Below are positions 29,299 to 38,428 of a DNA stretch of 64,000 nucleotides, piece after piece; the first letter of the stretch is position 1, and the number at the start of each line of letters is the position of its first letter. The position numbers were made by a program, and so were the translations under genes. Under the pieces are notes generated by a model, which saw only the letters and a program-made list of their open reading frames with translations, was not told where the DNA came from and searched no databases. This DNA comes from an uncultured delta proteobacterium (lineage in GTDB: Bacteria; Desulfobacterota; Desulfobacteria; Desulfobacterales; JAFDCJ01): assembly GCA_963769935.1 (NCBI GenBank), contig CAVYNY010000010.1, positions 32,001-96,000 of the forward strand, read 5' to 3'.

Positions 29299-30684
29299 TT
29301 AGGACAGCTTAGCGACTTGATACAGTTCGGGGTGATCCCCTAAAAATCGATAAAGGGTTGCCCGCCCGACGCCGAGCAGCTTGGCGGCTTTGGCCTTGTT
29401 GCCGCCGGTCCTGATCAAGGCCGAGCGTACACCTTCTAAATTTAGTTTGCGGGTGGGCCCTCGGCGGATGCATGTATTTTCAATTTCCCGCAGCTCAATC
29501 GGCAAATCTTCTGCTTCAATGGTGTCGCCGCTGCATTTGACAAAGGCAAACTGGATAGCGTTCTGCAATTCACGGACATTGCCCGGCCAATGGTAGTCCA
29601 ATATTAGTGACAGGGCCGGAGCGGAGACTCTGACAGGATCACGTTTGTAGCGTTCACTGGCTTCCTGCAGAAAGTGTTCGATCAGCAGCGGTATGTCCAT
29701 CTTGCGTTCACGCAAAGGCGGCATATGAATCGGAATGACATTTAGCCTGTAATAGAGGTCTTCGCGAAATCGCCCCTGTTTCACGGCCTCCTTAAGATTT
29801 TTGTTTGAGGCGCTGATGACCCGCACATCAACCGAAATTGTCCGCTCACCGCCGACCCGTTCAAATTTGCTTTCCTGCAGGCAACGCAAAATTTTGGCCT
29901 GCATATTGTTGGAGAGTTCGGCCACTTCATCGAGAAATACCGTTCCGCCATCGGCAAGCTCGAAACGGCCTTTTTTGTCGCGTATGGCGCCTGAAAATGC
30001 GCCTTTCACATGACCGAAAAGCTCGCTTTCGATAAGACCTTCCGGCAGCGCGCCGCAGTTGATGGGAACAAAAGCGGCGCCGTTGCGCGAACTTTCATTA
30101 TGGATGGCATTGGCAACCAGTTCTTTGCCGGTCCCGGTTTCACCGGATATATAAACGGGATAATCATAGCTCGAAACATCGCGTATATGTTTGAAAATTT
30201 TATACATTTTATGGTCCTGGCCGATAATGTTGCCGAAACTGGTCAGTTTACCGGCCTGCAGCTTCAGACTGAAAAGATCGGTAACATCCCGGAAGGAGGC
30301 CAGGACTCCGACAAATTCACCGCTGTCATCCCGCATGCTGGTGATGGTCATTTCCACCCGGCGCGATTCACCGCTTTTAGTTGTGATGCTCAGGGAATGC
30401 TCGGAAGTTTCAGCCAGATCCGGCACGTCGTCACAAAACTTGCAGCGGCCACCGCAAAAAGGATGACCGAAAGCCTCATGGCATTCCTTGCCCAGAACAT
30501 CTCCCCGGCTGTAACCGGAAATACGCTCGGCTTCCTGGTTGAAGAAAAAGATGCGTCGATTCATGTCATGGGCGATTATCCCTTCTTTGAGATTGTCCAG
30601 CACATGCTCCAGGTTATCCTGGTGACACATTAAATTTTCAAGGGAAAGATCCGACATCATTTTCTTTCGATAAATTCTGCTCAT
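29299..30684 (-). CDS. Sigma54-dependent activator with a Cys-rich PAS domain (PAS-AAA+-HTH)
   Basis: PAS with CHEAFGHPFCGGRCKFC, GETGTGKE, ESELFGHVKGAFSGA, WPGNVREL, Fis-type HTH NKAKAAKLLGVGRATLYR. Confidence 0.93.
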   Translation of the reverse strand: MSRIYRKKMMSDLSLENLMCHQDNLEHVLDNLKEGIIAHDMNRRIFFFNQEAERISGYSRGDVLGKECHEAFGHPFCGGRCKFCDDVPDLAETSEHSLSITTKSGESRRVEMTITSMRDDSGEFVGVLASFRDVTDLFSLKLQAGKLTSFGNIIGQDHKMYKIFKHIRDVSSYDYPVYISGETGTGKELVANAIHNESSRNGAAFVPINCGALPEGLIESELFGHVKGAFSGAIRDKKGRFELADGGTVFLDEVAELSNNMQAKILRCLQESKFERVGGERTISVDVRVISASNKNLKEAVKQGRFREDLYYRLNVIPIHMPPLRERKMDIPLLIEHFLQEASERYKRDPVRVSAPALSLILDYHWPGNVRELQNAIQFAFVKCSGDTIEAEDLPIELREIENTCIRRGPTRKLNLEGVRSALIRTGGNKAKAAKLLGVGRATLYRFLGDHPELYQVAKLS

Positions 30685-30773
30685 ACCGTGCAGGGTATTT
30701 TCCGGTTCAATTGAATTCCGCTTAAATCAATACGAACATCATAAGCCAGTATCTCAACACCCCGGTCTGGTCT

Positions 30774-31280
30774 TTAAAACTTATATTTTTCATCCACCTT
30801 TAAATACCTTTCCTCTATAAAGGCCGCCAGAGAATCAATGTCTTCAAGACCGAATACAGGTACATCCAAATCAAAACCGACATCACTGACGACGGCAACC
30901 AGGTGCGGGTCTTCCAGTAGAAGCGCTTGGCTGTGTCGGGCTGCCCGCACCACCTCAATTTTAGGTTTGAGCGCTCTTTTATAACCTTCGGCAATCACCA
31001 GATCCAGATCGTTGAAATAGTTTTGCAGGCTTTCCAGGGTTCCTTGATGATCATTTTTTACCATGGCAATTTTGCCCGGGGAGGCGATGATTACCGTTTC
31101 AGCTCCGGCATCTTTATGGCGCCAGCTGTCTTTGCCGGTTTTATCAAAATCAAAAATGTGGTGAGAGTGTTTGATGGTGCCGATCCGATAACCTTTGCGG
31201 ATGAGTACCGGAATCAACTTCTCGATTAGCGTGGTTTTACCGGACTCTGACCGACCTGCGATGCAAATAATCTGAGGCAT
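30774..31280 (-). CDS. mobB: Molybdopterin-guanine dinucleotide biosynthesis protein B
   Basis: GRSESGKTTLIEK, IKHSHH, GKDSWRH..AGA, EGYK; start reassigned to MPQII. Confidence 0.9.
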   Translation of the reverse strand: MPQIICIAGRSESGKTTLIEKLIPVLIRKGYRIGTIKHSHHIFDFDKTGKDSWRHKDAGAETVIIASPGKIAMVKNDHQGTLESLQNYFNDLDLVIAEGYKRALKPKIEVVRAARHSQALLLEDPHLVAVVSDVGFDLDVPVFGLEDIDSLAAFIEERYLKVDEKYKF

Positions 31281-31362
31281 TCCGAGCTCCCTGCCGAAAT
31301 CGTTTTTCCATTCAGACTCAAAATAGAATTCAACCCAACCGCAGCTGAAAACGTAAGCATCA

Positions 31363-31391
31363 AAATTAGGTTGCAAAAGACATATTGTCAA
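31363..31391 (-). promoter_or_regulatory. Sigma70-type promoter for mobB
   Basis: TTGACA-N17-TAATTT on the minus strand. Confidence 0.55.
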
Positions 31392-31404
31392 GAGTCAACG
31401 ATAA

Positions 31405-31745
31405 CCTGCCAAAATAGATTTTTTACTGAAACTCGGCGAACCGCCCTACGAATATTATGTCAGCGATACCTCCCCCAATGGCTATGAGCCGGAACAAATG
31501 TTCAAGGCCAGCTTAATTCCGGCGGAATTTAAGATCGCCGCCCTTAAAAAGGAAATTCACGCCGGCTCAATCCGGTATATCGACTGGTTGTTTCCGGGCA
31601 TTCCGGCCATGAACATGATGTCCAGCGCACTGTGGAGCGTGGGTTATGTGGTGGTGCGGTATCGCCAAAACGGCGTTTTAAAGCGTTTGAAAGTGACACC
31701 GTTAACGGCCCTGGCCCTGTCGCGCATTTTTCTGCTGATGTTTAC
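31405..31745 (+). pseudogene. Internal fragment of an ABC-2 type permease
   Basis: IRYIDWLFPGI.AMNMM.SALW.VGYVVVRYRQNGVLKRLKVTPL is a typical ABC-2 permease core. No N-terminal TM region or ATPase partner; overlaps a convergent gene end. Confidence 0.7.
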
Positions 31746-32707
31746 CCTTGTGGTGGTCTGGGTGGGTTGCGATTTGATTTTTGCGGTTCGAGTTGTCGGG
31801 TCTTACCTGGACCGGATATTTTGCGGGGCTTAATAGTTCTGCTTTTAGGGATAAACTCAGTGACAAAATGGTTGGAATGGACCAAGGCTGCGATTTTTAT
31901 ATAGATAAAAAGCGGAATCATAGCCCAATGAAAGGGACTGACCGGTATCTGGCGGCTAAAATCTTTAACCATATAAACGATAAAGGCGAGCAGGACCAAT
32001 TCGACCAGGGCATCAAGAAATCCAAGCAAGTACTGACGAATATAAAAATAGCCGCCGCCGGGAAAGATGATGGAACTGATGGCGGCGACAACCTTGCTCT
32101 TGAATTTAAGCCGACATTTTTCACATGCGTATTTTCCCTCGACAAGATCGGCGGTGCAGCGGGGGCAAAGATGGATTCGTCCAGCCGATTGAACCTTGGT
32201 ACCGGAGAGCGGCAGCTTGGTCTTCAGCAAGGCTCTGATTTTTTTTCTTTCGAACACGGCAATGGCCGCGAATTTCTCAATTTTTTTGCCCGCCCCGGCA
32301 AACTGAGCAGTAAGATTTCCCCGCTTCAGCACAATCGACCGGCATCCTGCGTAGGCCACCTGGGCAAGTGAATTTTTATAACCGTAGCTGGCGGTGGTCG
32401 GGACATGAATAATGCGATAATTTGTGAAAACAAACAGGGAGCGTTTAAGATAAACAAAAAGAAATCCTGTCAGGTATTGGGCCGCAGATGCCAGCGGCGA
32501 ATAACCGGTGGTTATCAGGATAATCTGTTCGCCTCTTTTTAAAAACGGCTTTAAAAAAGAGACCTTAACGATTAACTTCCGCTGCCGCTTTTCAATTCTC
32601 TTTTTATAGACGTCTTTATGGTTCGAAAACAGGGTCTCACGATTTACCGGGAGCCCGAATATCTGGGACCCCATGAAGCCGGCCGGTTCAAAAGCCGCTT
32701 CTGACAT
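31742..32707 (-). CDS. Hypothetical membrane protein with zinc ribbon
   Basis: CPRC...CEKC followed by TM helices (PGGGYFY); GGAG RBS. Confidence 0.75.
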   Translation of the reverse strand: MSEAAFEPAGFMGSQIFGLPVNRETLFSNHKDVYKKRIEKRQRKLIVKVSFLKPFLKRGEQIILITTGYSPLASAAQYLTGFLFVYLKRSLFVFTNYRIIHVPTTASYGYKNSLAQVAYAGCRSIVLKRGNLTAQFAGAGKKIEKFAAIAVFERKKIRALLKTKLPLSGTKVQSAGRIHLCPRCTADLVEGKYACEKCRLKFKSKVVAAISSIIFPGGGYFYIRQYLLGFLDALVELVLLAFIVYMVKDFSRQIPVSPFHWAMIPLFIYIKIAALVHSNHFVTEFIPKSRTIKPRKISGPGKTRQLEPQKSNRNPPRPPQG

Positions 32708-32793
32708 CTAAAACTCCTTTCATACGTCGATACATTAACAATTGGGCTCATTTTTCAGGTTATTCCGACGAGACAGTATAACCGCTCGATACC

Positions 32794-33294
32794 CTAGTCT
32801 TGATCTTGCGACATTTCCTGGGCCAGCCGTTCGGGCGTCATGGTCCAAAAGGGCGTGCCATCTTTGGTTAAACGCACTTTAATGACATCAATGTCGGGAT
32901 CCTTTTTTATTTTTGCAGCAATAAAAACATCCTTGCCGTTGATTTCCGCCCAAACACCCTTTAATTTGATGCGCGCATTTTTCTGTAGATGAATTTCGCT
33001 GGGGTTCCGATACCAGGTGGGACAGATCTGCACTTCGAACTCGTCGGACCCTTCTCTCACATCCAGGGCGGTTGCCGGTGACATTCCAGGCATGGGGACA
33101 ACTTCTTTTACCCGAACAACCCAGGCTCTGATTTTTTCATATTCCCGGACATCATAGAGTTTGTTATAAGGATCATCTACGCCCCAACCCTGCATGTCGC
33201 GCTTCTCTTCGTCCCCGGCCCAACTTACGCCGCCGGTAGAAATAAGCAAAATCAGTATCAGAAAATATACGGTCCGTCTCAAAGATTTTTGCAT
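32794..33294 (-). CDS. Exported protein, possibly OB-fold (MamS/MamX-domain-like)
   Basis: Signal peptide; GWG..D.YNKLYD...P.PGMSP...CPTWY...DG.PFW pattern; GGGAGG RBS. Confidence 0.6.
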   Translation of the reverse strand: MQKSLRRTVYFLILILLISTGGVSWAGDEEKRDMQGWGVDDPYNKLYDVREYEKIRAWVVRVKEVVPMPGMSPATALDVREGSDEFEVQICPTWYRNPSEIHLQKNARIKLKGVWAEINGKDVFIAAKIKKDPDIDVIKVRLTKDGTPFWTMTPERLAQEMSQDQD

Positions 33295-33465
33295 GCAAAC
33301 CTCCCTTTAGGGCTCACTATCTTTTTGTCGATATATTTAGGTTGACCATACTGAATATTATATTAATTGATCTACCTTTTGCAACCAAGAAAAACGGCGC
33401 CGGGAGAAACGGCCTTAAAACGGCATTCATTCCCTTTGCCTTTCTAAAGTCGGCCCCGGCAATAT

Positions 33466-34623
33466 CTAGCGTTGATAGGCCTGCTCTTTATAAAGCAGAT
33501 CTCCCTCTCCATATACCGCTACCGGGTAATTCGCCAGGTCGAAGGGATCACCGTTCCAGCAGGTAAATGAGGCCCATTTTCCCTTTTCAAGGGTGCCGAG
33601 CCGTTTATCCATTTCCAGAACAGCGGCATTTTTGCGGCTAACCAGCTCGACAGCCTGTTGTTTGGACATTCCGGCCCTCACAAACCAGCGTGTTTGCAGA
33701 AATAGCTGACGGGCGAGCGTAACCGGATGGTCCGTCATCAAACCGAATTCAACCCGGGAGGCCATCAAGTGGCGGATGTTGCGCCAATCTTCATGTTTTA
33801 ATTCGACTTTATATGCGAAACAGTCGATGGGGCCGTATACAACGGGTATCTTGCGTTTATGCAATTCCTGGAATATTTCAGGCTGGTGGACATCCATGGC
33901 ATGGTCGACGGTCAATTTGATTTTAAAATCATCCACCAGCCGCAACAGGGCGGCAATGTCATCAATCTTGTGCACATGAGCCCGCAGGCGAACCCTGCCG
34001 GTCAGCAAATCCCTCAACACGGTTTCCTCCGCCGAAAAAGTGATTTCCTCTTTCTTACGGCCCCTGGCTTTGCGGTATTGCAGGTTCTTCTGGCGCAATT
34101 CGGCCAGTTTGCCGCGCAGGACGGCAATTGCACCCATGCGTGTTGTGGGGCGCCGACCCTTCCAGCGGCGGGTTGACATTGGATTAAAACCGAAGGCCGC
34201 TTTCAGGCCGGCTCGGCCGATAAGGGCATGGGTGCCGTCCTTGGCAAAATTTCGAATGACGGCCGACTGCCCCCCGACAATGTTGCCGCTGCCCGGAACC
34301 ACACAGGAATACAGCACGCCGGCTTCCACGGCCTCCCTGAACGCTTTGTCGTCCATTTGGACCGAGTCGAGGGCATCCGGAAGGGCCAGAATAGAATCAA
34401 GATGATCATTGGCTTCGCCTTCTGCACTGGGTTCACCGGATCGTTCCATGCCGATGTGGCTGTGGGGGTCGATAAAAGCGGGAGTCAGCACCTCAAACTC
34501 GCCCAGCAATTGACCTTTGGCAGATTTCGACAGACCGGCGATGGTTGACCCGCTAAATACAAGATATCCATCACGGACAATGGATTCGCCCGTGTAAATC
34601 GTTTTCGCAAAGATGCTGTTCAT
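33466..34623 (-). CDS. Amidohydrolase family protein
   Basis: IDPHSHIG, PGSGN..GGQ, KAAFG.NP, HVH, TDHPV, LGTLEKGK.A. Confidence 0.88.
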   Translation of the reverse strand: MNSIFAKTIYTGESIVRDGYLVFSGSTIAGLSKSAKGQLLGEFEVLTPAFIDPHSHIGMERSGEPSAEGEANDHLDSILALPDALDSVQMDDKAFREAVEAGVLYSCVVPGSGNIVGGQSAVIRNFAKDGTHALIGRAGLKAAFGFNPMSTRRWKGRRPTTRMGAIAVLRGKLAELRQKNLQYRKARGRKKEEITFSAEETVLRDLLTGRVRLRAHVHKIDDIAALLRLVDDFKIKLTVDHAMDVHQPEIFQELHKRKIPVVYGPIDCFAYKVELKHEDWRNIRHLMASRVEFGLMTDHPVTLARQLFLQTRWFVRAGMSKQQAVELVSRKNAAVLEMDKRLGTLEKGKWASFTCWNGDPFDLANYPVAVYGEGDLLYKEQAYQR

Positions 34624-34642
34624 ATTCGCCTCTCGATAACTG

Positions 34643-34677
34643 ATTGAATATTTTCGATTGAATATTGAATAATTACC
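34643..34677. repeat. Solo ATTGAAT 7-mer arm
   Basis: ATTGAAT ATTTTCG ATTGAAT ATTGAAT AATTACC; matches the left arm at 14023-14057. Confidence 0.7.
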
Positions 34678-34694
34678 TGTGAAAGTTTACGCGC

Positions 34695-35192
34695 TTATCT
34701 GGTAAAGGTTTTTTTAACCCGCTTTGAAAAAAGAAAATAAGAAATCCAAATTAGGCTCGCAACCAGGGTTCGTATAAAATTAGCAATCGACTCCAAATTG
34801 ACAGGATCGGACTTTATCAGGATGATCCGGGTTAAATAATAGTCAAGACCGACAAAAATCAGATTTGAAGCGATAAAGACAACTGCTAGTTTAGGAACAA
34901 ACTTGCGCCGCGTAAAGAAAAATGAAATAACAGGTATCGAGAAACCAAGAAAGCCGACGTTGCCGACAAGCTCCATTATTAATAATGGACCCCACAAGGG
35001 GTGATAGGAAACAGAGTCGGGCGAGGTCAGGATAAACCAGTTATTTCCTGATAAAGCCGGAATAATATCCGTAAACAGTGATACGGCGGTCTGCACCGGA
35101 AAAAGCAACAAGCCGACGGCACATAGAATCAGCCAGCCGCCGATTTTATTATATTTATTTAGGTCGTTACTTGGAGATTGAACAGCAGCCAT
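34695..35192 (-). CDS. DUF2569-family inner membrane protein
   Basis: IGGWLIL N-terminal and IWISYF..SKRVKKTF C-terminal signatures; 4 TM. Confidence 0.8.
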   Translation of the reverse strand: MAAVQSPSNDLNKYNKIGGWLILCAVGLLLFPVQTAVSLFTDIIPALSGNNWFILTSPDSVSYHPLWGPLLIMELVGNVGFLGFSIPVISFFFTRRKFVPKLAVVFIASNLIFVGLDYYLTRIILIKSDPVNLESIANFIRTLVASLIWISYFLFSKRVKKTFTR

Positions 35193-35209
35193 AAAACAAA
35201 ATCACCGGA

Positions 35210-35965
35210 TTAAAAGCTCATATACCGCTTTTCCCAGTAAATAAGCGGCGTATATTCAAATAGCGCATTCAAATGATGCATAAAGGCATGCCTTCCTTCT
35301 TCCTGCCATAGTTTGGTAATGGTTTGATCGATCTGTTGATAGATTGCTGCAATATCATCGGACGATTCTGGTGGAAATCTTTGCGGATTTTCGGCGGCGA
35401 CGTCTGCAATTAAATTCAGCCACATTCGACTGGCACCCATGATATAATACGGCCATGTTTTTTGGATCGAGACCGGCCATTGTTTGTCCGAGGTGTCTTC
35501 AATATTGGGCCGGGTGATGCGGGTCGGGTCATCATATTCAGTCCGTTCGATGACACCGTCATTTTCTAATTTTTTTATCAACGGATCGGTTTCCAGCGCG
35601 TTGAAAATTTGCCGGGCCGTTTCAGGGGTGGCATAAAAAATGAAACTGAACATCCTGCCGGCAGCATCCCGGGCTGCCCGGCGATGAAAACGCCATAGGA
35701 AAATATCGCTTTTGTGTTTTTCCAGCAGAGGTGAAATGACCTGATGCGCCAGACAAAGGTCCACGTACCAGATCGGCTCGGTATCCGGGGGCCAGTTCAG
35801 GTGGAAGCGGACAAACCACCAGCCGTTGCCTGCGGGCAATACTTGCGGTTGTATCGGCTTGATTGGCTGCCTCTGAATTTGATCAACCGACGCACACCCT
35901 GCCATGACACCCGTAAAAAAAAGAAACATCGTCAACCATTTTTGAAAGCCATTGATCCGCAACAT
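35210..35965 (-). CDS. Hypothetical lipoprotein
   Basis: Lipobox MAG-C; AAGGAG RBS; WRFHRRA motif. Confidence 0.75.
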   Translation of the reverse strand: MLRINGFQKWLTMFLFFTGVMAGCASVDQIQRQPIKPIQPQVLPAGNGWWFVRFHLNWPPDTEPIWYVDLCLAHQVISPLLEKHKSDIFLWRFHRRAARDAAGRMFSFIFYATPETARQIFNALETDPLIKKLENDGVIERTEYDDPTRITRPNIEDTSDKQWPVSIQKTWPYYIMGASRMWLNLIADVAAENPQRFPPESSDDIAAIYQQIDQTITKLWQEEGRHAFMHHLNALFEYTPLIYWEKRYMSF

Positions 35966-36124
35966 GAATTTACTCCTTTGAGCTCCTGCTTAAATTGACC
36001 GCGCAGCGGCAGTGCCAGAGGTGGTTTGAGCAGATAAAACGCTTCGGTCATCAGCGAAAAACCGGCCGAAATGTTTTAAATATTTCCTTTCGCAAAGCAT
36101 TCAGCTTTTGGTGGCCGCGCGGCA

Positions 36125-36370
36125 GCCGCTGCTTTCGCTTCCATCTCATTAAACAGGGAAAACGGCACGGCAAACGACATTAAGTGGTCGTCGAGCTGTT
36201 TGCGGATGTAGGCCCTGGCCGACAGGTCCGTCAGGTCGACAACCGCCCGCGGCTTATCCGCTTTTGCTTCCTGAAAGGGATAGCTACCGATGGTCTGGCA
36301 ACCCGCAGCGTACGGCATAATGACATTTTGATTGTCGCCCCGGCCGTAGTTGGCTAAAATCACCATAGTG
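36125..36370 (-). pseudogene. Fragment of a DUF169-like protein
   Basis: VILANYGR...VIMPYAAGCQTIG.YP..EA....PRAVV.LTDLSAR......MSFAVPF..F.EMEA resembles the DUF169 C-terminal half; N-terminal half absent. Confidence 0.6.
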
Positions 36371-36792
36371 TTTGAGGGCAATGGCCACAGCTATTTTACT
36401 TTCCATAATAGCCCCCTTAATTTGAATATGGTATCATTTAAAAATAAACGCCGGTAGTCTTTTTTGCCTTGCAAAGTCGGCGTTTCAAAGACACTGACTT
36501 TCCAAAGCGAAAAATACAGGCGGAGGCTCTAAATACCGACAACTACAGGATGCAAGCGAACGAAATCCGCATGCCTTCCATTGAATAGTTAAAAGAACCC
36601 TGCCTGTCAAAGGCAATCCCAAGCGTCCACGCACCTGACAGCCGAATTTGGGTAGGCGGCTGCCATCTATTATTGAAAACCAATTGATTTGCATATTCAG
36701 TCGTGATCCTGTATGAGTCGACTGCAGGTCCTCGCAAAAAATTTCGATAACGGGTTGCCGCTATCGGCCGCCACGTATCCAAGGAGAAAAAG

Positions 36793-37275
36793 ATGAATAC
36801 CGCAGAAGACATCGTTAAGGATAAGCAAAGCGAGATTGTCGCTATCTCGTGGGATCAGACGGTTCACCAGGCCTGCCTGGAAATGTCCTCAAAAAAAATC
36901 GGTGCGATTCTAGTTAAAAAAGACGGCAAATACGTTGGCATCTGGACTGAACGTGATCTGCTGCAAAAAATGGCCGAGGAAGGATTCGATCCGCGGACCG
37001 CAAAAATCGGTGACCATATGTCCACTCCGCTTAAGACCGCACCCCACAGTACCCGCATACACAAACTGACAGAAATGTTTTTAGGGCTCTTTTTAAGACA
37101 CCTGCCCATCGAAAAAGACGGCGAGTTTATCGGCCTGCTTTCAATCGGCGATGTTCTCAGGGCCAGCTTGATTAATACGGATCACCATTTAAAAGAAATT
37201 AATGCATTTATCACCTGGGACTATTATGAAAACTGGCGGGAAGGAAGGACCAAGCAATCGAAAAAGCAGGATTGA
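36793..37275 (+). CDS. CBS domain protein
   Basis: Tandem CBS (KIGAILV, GIWTERD, RHLPI, GLLSIGD); AAGGAG RBS. Confidence 0.9.
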   Translation: MNTAEDIVKDKQSEIVAISWDQTVHQACLEMSSKKIGAILVKKDGKYVGIWTERDLLQKMAEEGFDPRTAKIGDHMSTPLKTAPHSTRIHKLTEMFLGLFLRHLPIEKDGEFIGLLSIGDVLRASLINTDHHLKEINAFITWDYYENWREGRTKQSKKQD

Positions 37276-37338
37276 TCGGTGTAATCGAAAGCTCCGGCGG
37301 CGGTGAGGCATATAAATGTCCAAGTCAACGGTGAAATA

Positions 37339-38349
37339 ATGACGGATGCCATTTCAAAGCGGTTATTATTAATTTCGTCAAGCGCCCTTGTATTCCTGGG
37401 GCTCTATTTAGCGAGCCTTTACAGCTATCTCTTCTTCCACAGTGTGGCGGAAATATTCAGTATTGTCGTTGCCTTCGGTATTTTTTCGGTGGCCTGGAAT
37501 TCCCGCGGTTTCATGGACAACAATTACTTCCTGGCGCTTGGCGTTGCCTATCTGTTTGTCGGCGGTCTGGACCTTCTGCACACATTGGCCTATAAGGGGA
37601 TGGGCGTGTTTGTCGGCCACGGCGCCAATTTGGCAACCCAATTATGGATTGCAGCGCGTTATCTGCAAAGCATCTCCCTGCTTTGCGCGCCCTGGTTTCT
37701 TCCAAGAAAAATCAACATGGCTCAGCTCCTAACAGGCTATCTGGCGGTATTTATCGTCCTATTGCTGAGCATTTTCTACTGGAATATTTTCCCGGACTGT
37801 TATCATGAGGCAACGGGGCTAACCGCCTTCAAGATCCTAAGTGAGTATTTGATTTGCCTGATGCTCCTGCTGTCGATCCTATCAATATCCCGCAAACGCA
37901 CCGAATTTGATCCCGCTGTTTTTAAATTGATTATTGCCTCAATTGTCAGCACCATCGGCGCGGAGCTGATGTTCACTTTCTATTTGAATGTTTACGGGTT
38001 TTCAAATCTCATCGGGCATTTTTTTAAAATCATTTCGTTTTTCCTTATTTACAGGGCCGTTATCGTGACCGGTCTGAAAAAACCGTACAGCATCCTGTTT
38101 AGAAATCTGAAACAGAGCGAGGAAATACTGCAGATCGAAAAAAACCGGCTCGAAACGGCACTATCCCAGATAAAAACCCTGAGCGGCCTGCTGCCGATAT
38201 GTGCCAACTGCAAAAAAATTCGGGACGATAAGGGATACTGGAATCAGATCGAAACTTACATCCACGATCATTCGGACGCAAAGTTCAGCCATGGTATTTG
38301 TCCGGAGTGCTTCAAAAAGCTGTATCCCGACCTGTGGGACGGCCGGTGA
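37339..38349 (+). CDS. MASE3 membrane sensor with a C-terminal Cys/His motif and no kinase domain
   Basis: YLFFHSVAEIFS, DLLHTLAYKGM, NLATQLWIAARY (MASE3); C-terminal LPICANCKKIRDD...SHGICPEC. Confidence 0.85.
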   Translation: MTDAISKRLLLISSSALVFLGLYLASLYSYLFFHSVAEIFSIVVAFGIFSVAWNSRGFMDNNYFLALGVAYLFVGGLDLLHTLAYKGMGVFVGHGANLATQLWIAARYLQSISLLCAPWFLPRKINMAQLLTGYLAVFIVLLLSIFYWNIFPDCYHEATGLTAFKILSEYLICLMLLLSILSISRKRTEFDPAVFKLIIASIVSTIGAELMFTFYLNVYGFSNLIGHFFKIISFFLIYRAVIVTGLKKPYSILFRNLKQSEEILQIEKNRLETALSQIKTLSGLLPICANCKKIRDDKGYWNQIETYIHDHSDAKFSHGICPECFKKLYPDLWDGR

Positions 38350-38428
38350 GTTTGGTTTCACCGCCCGGCAAATCAATTGACCGTAAAATAGAGGGTTAAC
38401 CCTAATCTCCTTGCATTTTAGGAAAAAT

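Noticed and set aside
36400..36790. Possible ncRNA upstream of the CBS gene
   Set aside because: One imperfect hairpin (36461-36514) and an 8-bp long-range match only; no known family signature recognised.
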